DNA of 64,000 nucleotides from Octopus vulgaris (Eukaryota): the NCBI GenBank assembly GCA_951406725.2, contig OX597819.1, forward strand, positions 114,700,001 through 114,764,000. The letters run 5' to 3'. The first letter of the stretch is position 1. Each line of letters starts with the position of its first letter. Positions 38,258 to 51,428 of this stretch are shown piece after piece. The position numbers were made by a program, and so were the translations under genes. The notes below the pieces were generated by a model. The model did no database searches and was not told the origin of the DNA. It worked only from the letters and a program-made list of their open reading frames with translations.

Positions 38258-38958
38258 AACGATTCATCGAGACGAGCATCTTTGGCTCTATACCTTCTAA
38301 GTTCTAGTCACTGAGCACAGAGCGACTTCGCTTAGTTCCAGCGACAGACAACATCAATTCCGGACCTCCATCTCCGTCGCCTTCATCTTAACGTCGCCTT
38401 CATCTCCGTCGCCTCCATCTCCGTCGCCTCCATTTCCGTCGCCTTGATCTTAACGACGCCAACAGCATCTTCGCCTAGGTTTAACTTCTCACTGTTTGTG
38501 AATACTTCACCATGGTTAACAGTAAGCTCAACCTGCAAGAACCTTCTGTACCAAGTAACCCAGCACAGCATCGTAGCCACAACCGCTTACACAACATGTG
38601 TTCAACCGGCTCCGCAATTGTCGCCTCAACTTCAATTATTGTGTACAGAGCTTCAATTATTGTGTACCGTACTACGAACTAGTATTTATCTTCATTTTGT
38701 GTCTGAACTTCAAGCGTTCTGATAGACTCATTTCTATGCTCTGTATTTTATCTCACACGCATACACCCTTGTTTGTACACACATACACATTATTATGCTT
38801 GCCGGCCTGTCTATTATTGTTCTTATTACATATAATAAGAGATGTACTTATGACGCACACACAGACACACTCTGCTAGCACACATACACATTATTGTATG
38901 CATGACGGCCTGTCTATTATTATTGTTCTTATCATATATGTACTTATATCGCGTGAGG

Positions 38959-39272
38959 GCGCGTGGCTTAGTGGTTAGGGCATTCGGCTCATGATCGTAA
39001 GGTTGTGAGTTCGATTCCCGGCGACGCGTTGTGTCCTTGAGCAAGACACTTTATTTCACGTTGCTCCAGTCCACTCAGCTGGCAAAAATGAGTTGTACTT
39101 GTATTTCAAAGGGTCAGCCTTGTCCCTCTCTGTGTCACGCTGATTATCCCAGAGAACTACGTTAAGGGTACACGTGTCTGTGGAATGCTCAGCCATTTGC
39201 ACGTTAATTTCACGAGCAAGCTGTTCCGATGATCGTATCAGCTGGGACCCTCGTCGTCGTAACCGGCGGAGT
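38959..39272 (+). mobile_element. tRNA-derived SINE, family A variant
   Basis: GGCGCGTGGCTTAGTGGTTAGGGC...GAGTTCGATTCCC head. Confidence 0.85.
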
Positions 39273-39583
39273 CTTTAGATAACTTATATCGCACACACAG
39301 ATATATACTCTGCTAACATCTAAATAAAACCTTTCTCTTACATTCTCCGGTTGTGTCGTCTTCCTTTTTCCTTCTGGCACTTGTATTTATTTATCGCATT
39401 TTGGGGGGCTTTTATTGTAAGGCGACCGTGCGGTGTTTAAAGGAGTCATTCACTTTCTACCAGTATGCGAAGTTTAAAAGTGTTTAGTTAACTAGAAATT
39501 GTGTTGAAAACTGCCGTTCAAAAGGAAAAGATCCGTCACCTCTCCTTTCGCACGGTCGTTTTACACATACATGAGAACACACA

Positions 39584-39672
<89 letters not shown>

Positions 39673-40049
39673 ATGCACACGTACATAACAAAAAAGATGT
39701 ACACATATGTATTGATGTATGTACGTTTATATGGCAACACACCCCTTCATTCACTTTCTTTCAGTTTTCTCTCTCTTTCTCTCTCTCTCCCCCTATCTCT
39801 CTCTTTCACACACATACACACACATCCATTTCTCATACACGTACATATTTCACTTTCTCCTCTCTTTCACTTTAAAACAATAGTAAATAAATAAATAAAT
39901 AAAAATTACGGAAATTAACGAACTCCGGATGATAAGTGAAAGATCACCCACTTGAAAATAATTTTAAAAAAAACATTAAAATATTGTCTGTGTGGAGAAG
40001 TGGATTGGTCCACTACTAATAAATAGTGAACAGACTCAGTAAGTAGTGT

Positions 40050-42258
40050 CAGTCCGCGAGGAATTTTTTTCGTTGTGGCAGTGTCTTTTTTATATTGAAG
40101 TAAGTGGTGGTATTGTTATAATAGTTAAAGGTCTCCCCTCGTGGGTGTACCACGTTTCTTGTTGAAATTACTGTTTTAATTACGAGTGTTTGTTGAATTG
40201 TGTTTTTTCTTCCCATTTATGGGAGAGCCGGGGGAAGAAATGGAAACTGGACCAGCAAATAGCCACAGTTATGTGGCTGCAACTGGCAGAGGAGTAGAAG
40301 TAGAAGCTTTGGAAGTTCGAGAAGTTAAAATTGAGCCAAGAATGCGGGAAACTGCTGGAAAAGGAAGGCCACAGCCTTAAATTGACGCCACCAGTCGATC
40401 TAACAAATGGAAACAAGGAAAATCGAAATAGCTATGATAGAAGACATTGAGAAGTGTTTAAAAGAGGTTAAAAGGTCACCACGTTTATAACAAGAGGGAG
40501 AAGATATGGCACAGTGGAGGTTCGATTCGCAAGCGAAGACGAAGCGATAAAGCACTCCACTGATGCCATCAAGACAGAAGTGTGGGTGCTCCTACCAACA
40601 TACTGTGGCAAAAGAGTTGTCAGAGTAAGGGTGGGAAAAGTGCCATCAAAGTTGGTTGGAACATGGTTGGTTGCCGCAGTAATGTACAATATGGAGGAGG
40701 ATGTGAAAATCCTGAGAGTAACAAGTACGAAAACAGTGAACTAATGGGGATACGGAATCTTGTGTGGAATTCAACAACTTGTATGGAATTCAGATAACTG
40801 TGAGTGACATGAAAAAGATTTCAGAAGAAATAATATCCGAAGATATGAGATTGAGAGTGGTGGCGGAGAGTAGGCCTCCCATATGCTACCTCTGTGTGGC
40901 GAGAAGTGCCCAGAGATTGAAGAGAAAGAGCAACAAATAGAACAGTCCGTGTAGCAGGAGAGAGCGAACAATGTTGTCCAGGAAGATGAGAAGGAGACAA
41001 CGGGAATAGAGGAGGAATTTGAAGTGGTTAAAAAACGGAAAAGGAAGAAAGCGTGGGCTCTCCGCCGGAGAGAAAGAAAGAGAAAAAAGAAGCAGAAAAA
41101 GAGGTGGGGAAGGAAGTCGTAAAGGAAGTTGAAAAGGAGGTTGAGAAAGAGTTATGTAGCAGTAGCTGATATCCTCACTGTTTGAGGGACACAACAGGAA
41201 TGATCTCGTTTGAGATTACAGCCATCTTTGGCTGAGTGGTTCCTGTTGTGTCCACTGATCTGATTGGTTGACATGTGGCGCGGTTTGTCTCTACTTTATT
41301 TCGCGCCACTGTCCAAAGCCAACTAATCACAGCCTTAGGATAAGGTCACATCACACAGTCTGAGGCATTTTAAAGCATTCTAGAGGCTCCAGAAGAACAT
41401 CCAAAAGACTGTGTCATGTGACCTTATCCTAAGGCTGTGATTAGTTGGCTTTGGACAGTGGCGCGAAATAAAGTAGAGACAAACCGCGCCACATGTCAGC
41501 CGATCAGATCAGTGGACACAACAGGAACCACTCAGCCAAAGATGGCTGTAATCTCAAACGAGATCATTCCTGTTGTGTCTCTCAAACAGTGAGGATATTA
41601 GCTACCGCTACAGGTAGAAAAGGAGGTTATAGAGGAGGAGGAGGAGGAGGAGGTGGAGATAGAAGCAAGCACACTAGAGAACCTTTTTGGACAGCAACGA
41701 AAAGAAACAGCGACACGAACCAGGACGGAGGAGGTGGCGCCAAGAGCGGAACATGGAAAACAAGCAAGAAGACAAAGAAAACACACCTGGAATTTCGTGA
41801 CACGCTAAAAGCATTTATACCGAAAGAGTGATAACCGAGCTTAAATCCGTTATAGGGCGTTTAGTTGCCCAAGGGGATGTACGGTGAAAAGGGATTCATG
41901 GTGGGGTTAGACGAAATGCCCCCAGTAGTAGAACTAAGAGAAGTAGATCCTTATGTAAGATATTTAAAAAAGAAGAGAGTAAAATTGTTTTAAAACAAAG
42001 AAGAAAAGAATGAATAAACAAAATGATGCTAATAGTGATAAAATAAGGAAAAAAGAAAAAGATTACAAACTGAATGTAAGAACGTTCAAATGGTACTGCA
42101 TGTAAGTGGGGCGCATGCAGCCATTTCATCACCATCGATTTCATTGTACATTTTCCATTTTTCATTCGTTTTATGTTTTTTGTCCCCGCTGTGGTGTTCT
42201 GTCTGTCCTTGTGCGGTTCCCCCTGTGTCATGGCCTAGGTGTCAAATAAAAAGAATTA
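40050..42258 (+). mobile_element. Internally deleted L1/Tx1-like LINE: 5' UTR, decayed ORF1, 3' UTR
   Basis: RRM-like YGTVEVRFASEDEA...LLPTYCGKRVVRVRVGKVP, zinc-knuckle remnant RPPICYLC, T-rich 3' UTR ending AATAAA near 42245. Confidence 0.65.
41162..41605. mobile_element. Foldback element with 200 bp inverted arms and a 44 bp spacer
   Basis: 41162-41361 is the reverse complement of 41406-41605 with about 5 mismatches; inserted into the LINE ORF1 at a duplicated (T)AGCT. Confidence 0.9.
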
Positions 42259-42438
42259 CAGTCAGCGAGGTATTTTTTGGTTTTTACGATTACGTTACAG
42301 TAAGTGGTGATATTGTTATAATTGTTAAAGGTCTCCCCTCGTGGGTGTACCACGTTTTCTTCCTTGTTGTAATTGCTGTTTCTACTAACGAGTTTTTGTC
42401 ATTATAAGTGTGTGTATTCTGCATGTTTGTATGTGTGT

Positions 42439-42564
42439 TGACGTCACGGCAGCGATGTTTTTTTTCGTAAAGAAGTAACAAACAAAAATTGTGTTTAATC
42501 GTTTTCCTTAATAGATAGAGTCCCAAATATCACAAAAATTTGTACTTCACTGCCGAAGGTAAGT
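42439..42564 (+). promoter_or_regulatory. Candidate SBDS promoter and non-coding first exon
   Basis: Perfect CRE TGACGTCA at 42439-42446, consensus donor AAG|GTAAGT at 42559; an acceptor-like TTTCCGCAG lies 2 nt before the SBDS ATG. Confidence 0.35.
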
Positions 42565-43001
42565 ATAAAAAATATTCAAAAAATATGATGAATATACTAT
42601 TTCTGGGATATTTGGGGTACACACAAACATCTCTAGAGTTTTAGTATTATCAAGATAAGTTACAAGATGATCTCAGATACAAACATTAGCATACTTCCCT
42701 TGTACACGCACACACATACACACAAACTCATACAGAGTTGAAATGCTGTTGGATTTTTCTTTTCATGGAATGTTCACCAATCGTGGAATGTTCACCATTC
42801 CATTTCCATTGCACACACACACACACAAACAAACATTCAAATGATTCACTTATACTTACACACGTATATATCATGCAGAGTATGTAACCGTATGTATATG
42901 CTTAAGTGAGAATGTGTTGCTTTCAGTTTCTAGCCAACAACTTGTGTGGAACATACAGTATAGTGGAATCTGTGAGGAGTGATAAATATTGTGTGTGCGT
43001 G

Positions 43002-43047
<46 letters not shown>

Positions 43048-43589
43048 TTTGTGTGTGAATATTGTGTTTAGATGAGTAAATACGGACCATTTTACACTGG
43101 AGAGTTAGCTTTGAAAGATATTTCGGCAAAATGAATTACCCATAAAGGAACGCGAACTGGAACACGACTGTCCCAGTATTGACTATTCTGCAGAGAAAGC
43201 TGTTGCCTTGGTAATTTATCTAACAGGACAGCTAGCATGATTGTGTATAGATGAATAAGAGATTTAGAGAGAACGAAACAGAGGGGTAAATGAGTGAGTA
43301 GGAGTGTTCTCTTCCTTGGTTGACTTTTTAGTAGCAATTTGATCATTGGGTGTTGCAGTCTAGTTATCGAAAAATATCGAATTTGGTCTAACTTAACGCA
43401 GTTGCTCTTCAGTCCAAAAAAGGTTCATTTGTGAAACGTGATAGCAAAAAAAGAGCACACATTTACTGTCTGCGTACGATTAGACTTGGAAAGTTTGTGA
43501 GCAACTCATTGACCCAATTTGCTGACTTTACCAATGACACACAGGTATCGATGAATGGGTGAATGACCAAATCCAAGCTTCTCTGTTAC

Positions 43590-44032
43590 CTCCTCATCAG
43601 TTACTCTGTTACTTCCTCATCAGTTTGAAGGACGTCCCCGTCAACTTCTATAGATCTTCCAGGATGAGGATTTTCTTGTAGGTTGCAGTCTTGGGCTTGG
43701 AATTTCTGGAACCACCGTTGACACTGGCTTAAGCTTATTGTCCGATCCCTATATACTGCATTAATAGTCCTCACATTTTCCATTGCTTTGTTGCCTTTAT
43801 TGAACTCAAAAAGCAAAATATGCCGAATATGCTCCTTTGTCACTTCCATTATAGCTTTGAAAAAATAACTGTTAAAATCGAACTGCACTCTTCAAAACTT
43901 GCACTAAGAATAAGTACAAGGTAAAATTACTACCTGCTTTTATAGCAAGTTGATGCAAGTAGTTTATCCCGTTCCCTTCCCACACTTAGTTAATGCAATT
44001 GAAAAATCCGCATTATTTATGGGATGACCCAA
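43590..44032 (-). mobile_element. Mariner 5' fragment with TIR
   Basis: MEVTKEHIRHILLFEFNKG...CQRWFQKF...PGRS HTH domain; TIR TTGGGTCATCCCATAA. Confidence 0.85.
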
Positions 44033-44044
44033 TATATATATTCT

Positions 44045-44262
44045 CTTTTACTCTCTTATCTCTTTTACTTGTTTCAGTCATTTGACTGCGGCCATGCTGG
44101 AGCACCGTCTTTAGTCGAGCAAATCGACACCAGGACTTATTCTTTGGAAGCCTAGTACTTATTCTATCGGTGTCTTTTGCCGAACCGCTAAGTCACGGGG
44201 GACGTAAACACACCACCATCGGTTGTCAAGCTATGCTGGGAGGACAAACACAGAGACACAAA
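44045..44262 (-). mobile_element. SINE family B 3' half
   Basis: Reverse copy of 5360-5552. Confidence 0.8.
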
Positions 44263-44287
44263 CATATACACACACATACATACATAC

Positions 44288-44333
<46 letters not shown>

Positions 44334-44721
44334 GTATATATATATATATATATATAAACCAGCTTAGAGAAGAAGAAGAAACGAAACCAAACGAATCGAA
44401 TCGAATCGACGCGAAGGCGCTCAGTCATACAATAGTGTAATAAATAAAATATATGCATACATACAAACATATATGTACATATATATATATATATATGATT
44501 AATCTTTACTCAGAGCATACAGGACATTAACCAATGAGTTCTTCCCCCTTTTGGACAGTAAAATGTTTGACTGCTATTTCTAGCAAGTCGAGCGACCATA
44601 CAGAAATGTTCTTGTGGAAGTAGAACTCTCTTGTATTAGAGTTTTATATTTACTTCGCTGTGTTTCACTTGGGATGAAAATAATTTCTTATTTATTTTAA
44701 GTCAAATTAGTTTCCGCAGAA

Positions 44722-44849
44722 ATGTCGATATTTACACCTACAAACCAAAAGCGATTGACCAATGTTGCTGTCGTACGTTTGAAAAAAGGAGGGAAGCGAT
44801 TCGAAATCGCCTGTTATCCGAATAAAGTCATGTCGTGGCGCAACAAAGT
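44722..44849 (+). CDS. SBDS: SBDS ribosome maturation factor, coding exon 1
   Basis: [42 protein letters not shown]; GTGAGT donor; 128 nt. Confidence 0.98.
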
Positions 44850-46274
44850 GTGAGTGAATGGAAATAATTAGTTTATTGAGTAACCACAGAGTTTGTTTAC
44901 AAAACTTTTTATATATACATCCACAAAAGAAAATAAGTACAAGACGGTATAGTATGCATGTAAATGATGAGGAGTATGTATTCATAGGATTTTTTTGTAT
45001 TCTGAGGACATTTAAAACTGCTGACGGGGCACTCGACTTGTTACAATTAGCAGCCAAATCGCACCCTTCGCATCCACCCATCTTTGAAAAAAAAACGGGA
45101 AGACGCAATAGTTATTGTAGACCGAGGTACATTAAAGCCTAAATGGAACGAGATGGTGACAGCAGGAACCTTTTGATGATTGGTCTGCAAAATCAGGACA
45201 AGCTTTTTAGTTAAACAACAACGTGTCTTAATTTGGAGTCATCGTAATAATTACTGAGAAAGATAAATTTAAAATCTTTTTGATATTTAACCCACCAAAG
45301 ACCATTTCTGGTTCTTTGGTTAAAAAAAACAAAAAAACTTGGTGTTCTGTTTTTAAATATCTTATTTAAAATAAATTTAATGTATTTTAGATAAGAACTT
45401 GATTGAACATAATGTATTTCACTCGAATTAAGTCCACGAAAGTGTTAATCCCCGCAGTTACACTATTATACCTTATTTTTCATGTGTAAAACTAATCTTT
45501 TCTTAATTAAAATAATTGTTATACGCTAATCGTTATTTGGGACTCCCAAAATAGTCACAGAAACAAATTTTTATGTGTTCGAATGACAAAAATATATTTG
45601 TAATTTTCTGTTTTTTCACTAAAGTAAAATTTTGAAAAGTATATTTCCATTTTAATCAGCCGTGCTTTACCTGCTTTGTAGCCACCTTTAAGTTTTCTAG
45701 GCAGGGCTTTGTGATTACCTTTTATGGAAATAAGAATAAATAAAATGCCTTATCCCTTCCATTGAATTAAAAAAAAGTATTCTGAAGTTGTCAAAACTCA
45801 TAGATACCTAATTACTGAGAGCAAAATGAAACTTTTTTTTTCTTTTTATTATATTATTTCGTTGTTTAGCTTCAAACTATCGCTGAATGATCAAACTTAT
45901 GATCAGGTCTATGTCTGTAAGATGGCATGTTGCGATTTGAAAGATTTAGGCTATTTTTAGTAAATAGAAGGATCGGGCGATCTTTCGTTAAACTATGGGA
46001 CTGCGATTTCTAATAACACTGCGGAATACTTGATCAGTAGATCCTCTGTTCCATGCAACACATTCGTCTGATTTGTATACACACTACGTTATTTATCCAT
46101 AGATTGACCTTAATCGCGCAGACCTATAACATACATTCCAGCCACGACTACCCCATCTTTTATTCAGACTTTGTTTATTTATGATACCATTATATTCAAT
46201 GTGGCCTTTTCTTAAGAGGGTAAACTATGACTTTAGGGAGATTTGGCTGCTGTGTGTAGCTGGTCGAATGAATT

Positions 46275-46588
46275 GTTCTCAACCGGGTTCCATATGGTCC
46301 CTGAGGGTCCTTATAAGATTTTTGGGGTTGGGGATCCGCAATATTATTTTAAGGGTCCCTGAAAAATTTTGCTTTAGATGTATGTATTGGTATTTATTGC
46401 AAGAAACAACCAGGTTTCTTCTCTGATATTTTACAAAGTTCGACCTACGCAAGTTAATGTGAAGAACAAAATAGGAATTTTGAAAGGTTTTAATAAAACT
46501 AGTTTTTAAACATCGAATGGCAATAGGGTCCACCAGAATAAAATAGTAAACAAAAGTGTCCATAGATAAAAACAGTTGAGAACCCCTG
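46275..46588. mobile_element. hAT/Charlie-like MITE
   Basis: GTTCTCAACC ... GTTGAGAACCCCTG termini. Confidence 0.65.
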
Positions 46589-47161
46589 GTGTAAAGGTTT
46601 AGGGTTTCTCAACTGTTTTGCTTAGATAGAAGTATGTCAGTCAAAGTATATTTTGTAGGACTGGGGTACGGTGTTACAAACCATTGTTTCTGTAAAATGT
46701 AAAACAAGCTGCTAAGCTTCCTCATATAAACTATGTCTATCACACTGCACTTGATCATGCAGCTTGGATTTTAGAATTAATTTGTTGTCTGTTTAACACT
46801 ACTACTACTACTACTAACAATTGACTGATAGGTATCTTTATCAGAGTTCACTCTGTTACAAACATTCAGATCATGTCTCTAGTTGTAGACAACTTCCTTC
46901 ATCCCTGTCCCCACCCAGCACTGAGGCTCTGGAAAATATAAGTGTTGTTCTTCCCACAATTACAGTGACTGAGCCTTAAAAAAGTTCAGTTCTATGTCAG
47001 TTCGTCCTGACTGAGCAGACTTATAATCAAAGTCATTCCAGCTACAACCTTATCATCCAATGTGTCTTTTATGGCAGGGGAGATTAGTTGGCAGTCAATA
47101 GACTACACTGGAACTGTTTAGTCCTGCATCAGCCCTGATTGAGTAGACCTATGGTTTACAG

Positions 47162-47406
47162 TAGTGGTTCTCAATCAGGGACCATGTAGCCCTTGGGTGG
47201 GGAGTGGGGTGCCATATAAGATTTCGTTAAAATTTATTTACAATAAATTGCTTATACATCTACAATACAAAGAATATATTAATTTTTTAATACAATTCCT
47301 AATAATATTTAAATATAAAAATACAGTAGGATTTAAAAAAAAAATATTTTGAATGGCTATGGAGGTCCAAAGGAATCCACAGGCAAAAAATGTTTGGGAA
47401 CCACTG
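47162..47406. mobile_element. hAT/Charlie-like MITE
   Basis: TAGTGGTTCTCAA ... TTGGGAACCACTG termini. Confidence 0.7.
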
Positions 47407-48765
47407 GTCTGGAATATTCTAATTGTACCCATCTTGTCTTTATCCCAGTTACCACACCCATGAGCACTTTATCTGGTGTGTCTATTCTTAAGATCATAGG
47501 ATGTGGCCTGTTTCTAGCAAGTCTAGTGAACATAGATTGGCTCATGATCATCATCATCATCATTTAACGTCCGCTTTCCATGCTAGCATGGGTTGGACGG
47601 TTCAACTGGGGTCTGGGAAGCCAGAAGGCTGCACCAGGCCCAGTCTGATCTGGCAGTGTTTCTACAGCAGGATGCCCGTGGTTTACCACTCAGATGTCAA
47701 CAGAATATTGCATAATCAACTAAAATGCTGGTGATTTGTATCCTCTCATCAGCACTGTGTTGTGACCCCAGTCTGTCTGTTAATAGATATTGCAGGATAG
47801 GAATAAATCACTGCTATGAGCAGCTGTAGCATTGTAAAATTAATTAGAGATTCATTACATAGTTTTGAATTTAGTCCCTTCTTTATGTGTCATTTGGAGA
47901 TGGGAATATTTTACCAATCTGTCTTGACACATATGTATTACATGGAGACAGGCTTTATGAGTACTCTATAACTTAATGATTTACAGACCTTATCTGTTCA
48001 GGAAAGTGAGAGATGATTAGAAATACTTATATTATAGAAACTATTTTATGAACTGTCCAAGGGATTGACCAAAATAGAATGCAATTGATTATAGCTTCTT
48101 CCATTTGCCATAATGTTAAAATCTGAATTTACCTGTAAAATGAAGCATCCTCCATAAACTGAATTTCTCACTGTTTTGTGTTCAGTCATCAATAATGTGA
48201 ATCATCAGTTTCAAAAGAATAAATTAACTCCATGATAGTAGACTTTGTCTGACACATAGTTAAGTGCCATCAGCTGATCCTTGGATACCTTTAGTGAGGT
48301 ACACTTTGTTTTATTGTAAGTATTTAGGTAAAACCACATGATTGGTAAGTGATCTTCTTAATCACATAACCTAACCATGGTTGTACACACACACTGAGAA
48401 TATATATATATATATATATGCCAACATGGAAGACAGACGTTTCATGCTTGCATGAATGAGATGAGTATTTGGGGGCAGTGTTTTGTACAGCCAGACATCC
48501 TGTTGCTGAGCCCTATTTTTTACCAATTGAGGTAATACTCTCCTACTCTACTGAACAAAAAACAAACTGGATATGTTTACATGGAAACAAATGATACTGT
48601 ATGAAATAAACTTGTTTCATTTACAAAGTTTGCGCAACATGTCAAAACCTGTTTCAAAACTTGGATTTGCTTTTATGGTGGACTACAAGCAAATTACACC
48701 ACCACTGAAGCCGTTGTTTACACTCAGTAACTAATTATATGTGTAGACAAATATGCATATATATA

Positions 48766-49997
48766 CAAGATGTCCTGCAAAAATGTATATACACTTTAAC
48801 TGTTGGTAACGTAATTTTCATTTTTTTTTTTAGATTTAACCCATTAGAAATAGTGAAGGAAGCCAGACAAAGCTTTGAACAAAGGAAATTTATCCTAAAG
48901 TTCTTTTGGAAGTTTGAAAATGAAGTTGATGTGCAAAGGGAGTTTCAAGTGGATCCACTTATGCAATTTACCCTCACTTGAATTCGAGATAAGTCTGAAG
49001 CCAATGGAACTGCTCAGAATGTTCGCAAGAAACATTCTGGTAGGCTATGGACATTGATGAACCTTACAAAGTAAGAAAGAGTACTAGAAATGTATTACCA
49101 GAGTTCAAGAAAATCTGTGCAGTGAGTAATGACTTAGGAACTTCAAATTCGAGCACACATCAGATTTTGAGGTGCCATCATTGGAAAAGTTACATCCCAA
49201 GAATAATCCATGCTCTCAATAAAGATGATCTGGGGCTGAAGAGTGGAGTTTTGCAAGTGGTTTTTGGCAAGACGTGTGGAAGATGCACACTTTCCAATAA
49301 AGATTGTTTAGAGTGATTAGGCCACATTTCAATCTAATGGATCAATTCATCTCCTCAACAGCACTTGCTGGCACCTGAAAGTCTACATATGGAAGAACAT
49401 CATGTTAATTTACCAGAAATTACAAGGTGGTGTGGCTTATCATCAAAAGGATTAACTGAATCATTTTTTTTTTTTGAGGGTACTATAATTGGTTCCATTT
49501 ACTTGAGCTAATCTAATATGCAAAGCATTCAAGAGGACTTTGAAGATGTGGAGTTTTATCTCCAACAAGATGAGGCACCCTTACACTACTATAGTAAGGT
49601 TCTACCTTAATGAGATTTTACCAAACAGGTGGATTGGATAAAGAGGTCTTGTGGAATACCCTCTGCATTCACTAAATCTCACACCACTGGACTTTTTTTT
49701 TATGGGGATACTTAGAAGATAAAGTTTACGGTAGAAACTGGCAACAGCTGACAAACTGAGGGCAGCCATTTCGTGAGAATGTGCACAAATACTGAATGAA
49801 ATGTTTCTTAATGTTTGCGATTCCATTATGTCATGTTATAGCAGTATCTGAACCAGAACAGTAATTTTGAAAATAGGTGTTCATAAAAGAATTAAATTCT
49901 GTTTGTAGATTCTATTAAATTTCGAAAATATAGTGTATATTAAAAAACACTGACTTTATACATTCAGTATGTGTATACATTTATTTTGGACACCCTG
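48766..49997 (+). mobile_element. Full-length decayed Tc1/Tc3-like transposon
   Basis: TA-flanked TIRs CAAGATGTCCTGCAAAAATGTATATACAC / GTGTATACATTTATTTTGGACACCCTG; remnants SFEQRKFILKFFWKFEN, FYLQQDEAP, NLTPLDFFLWGYL. Confidence 0.85.
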
Positions 49998-50233
49998 TAT
50001 GTATGTTTACACACTCACACATATATTTACGACAGGTTTCAATTTCCTCCTACCAAATTCACTCACAAGGTTTTGATCAACCCAGGGCTATAGTAGAAGA
50101 CACTTGGTCAAAGTAGCACATTGTAGGACTAACTTGAAACCATATAGAAGTGGACTTCTTAAACACATACCCATGCCAGTGCATATTTATATATATGTTT
50201 ATGTCTGTCTGTCTGTCAGTCTATATATGTATC

Positions 50234-50507
50234 ATGAGGAGAATATATATTTATTAAACCATGTGACTTCCATTGGATTATGGTCATTTTGCAACCTTAC
50301 TCATGTAGTATTAATTTCAATATTGAAGATATTATGCATACATGTTTACATTAACATGTATGGTCAGCATCATACAATACATACATATTAATGCAAACGT
50401 ATGCAAAATTTCTTCCACATTGAAATTAAACACTACATGAATAAGGCTGCAAAATGGCTGTAATCCTATGGAAGTCAAATGGTTAAATTTATATATTCAC
50501 CTCTCAT
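50234..50507. repeat. Diverged foldback with about 125 bp arms in SBDS intron 1
   Basis: AACCATGTGACTTCCATTGGATTATGGTCATTTTGCAACCTTACTCATGTAGT mirrored by ACTACATGAATAAGGCTGCAAAATGGCTGTAATCCTATGGAAGTCAAATGGTT. Confidence 0.75.
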
Positions 50508-51298
50508 ACCTCCTGACTTCACATTTTTATGTACTCCTTATGAAATAATTTGATTGCTTGGATTTTCTGAATTTTCAGTTACATAGACACTCTACATTGC
50601 ATTTCTTTGTAATTGATTGCTCTGTGGACTGATAGCCGAGTCTGTAAGAGGAGCTTACTGTGAAAGCCACATGCTTCACTGAATCTACATCCTATACTAC
50701 TCATTTATATATCAGCTGGCACTCTATCGATTATGATGATGAGGGTGGTTCTGATTGATCTGATCAATGGAACAGCCTGCTTGTAGTATTAATGTACAGG
50801 TGGCTGAGCACTCCACAGACATAGTTCTAAGGGAGATTCATCATGACATATAACAAGGCTGGGCCTTTGAGTTACAGGTACTATCATTTTTGCCAGCTGA
50901 GTGGACTGGAGCAACGTGAAAGAAAGTGTCTTGCTCAAAGATACAATGTGTTGCCAGGAATTGAACTCACAACCTTACGATTGCAAGTTGAATACTCAAA
51001 CCAATAAGCCACGTGCCTTCGCACTCATATATGTATATATACATACACACACACACACTCACACACCTACATATCCTGTTTTTTGTAGAATAGGCATATC
51101 ATATCTCTGCATGTCTTGGGAAGCATTTGAGAGTTGTGTTCGGGAAGAGAATTTGGTTGTAAAACATTGCCTCAAAAAGTTCCACTCATCCTATATATGA
51201 GAGAAATAGCAGGAATAAAAGCAAAGACATATTACCTGTAAATTTCTCATTAGTTTATTCTTGAAAGAATTATTGGAGCATTTACTTATCTTTTTTAG

Positions 51299-51428
51299 AG
51301 AGAAAGACATTGATGAAGTTCTACAGACACATGCTGTGTTCATGAATGTTTCAAAAGGTCAAGTGGCCAAGGCTGAAGATCTGAAAAAGGCTTTTGGTAC
51401 CGATAACCAAGATGAAATCTGCTTACAG
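51299..51428 (+). CDS. SBDS: SBDS coding exon 2
   Basis: [43 protein letters not shown]; AG/GT; 130 nt. Confidence 0.98.
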
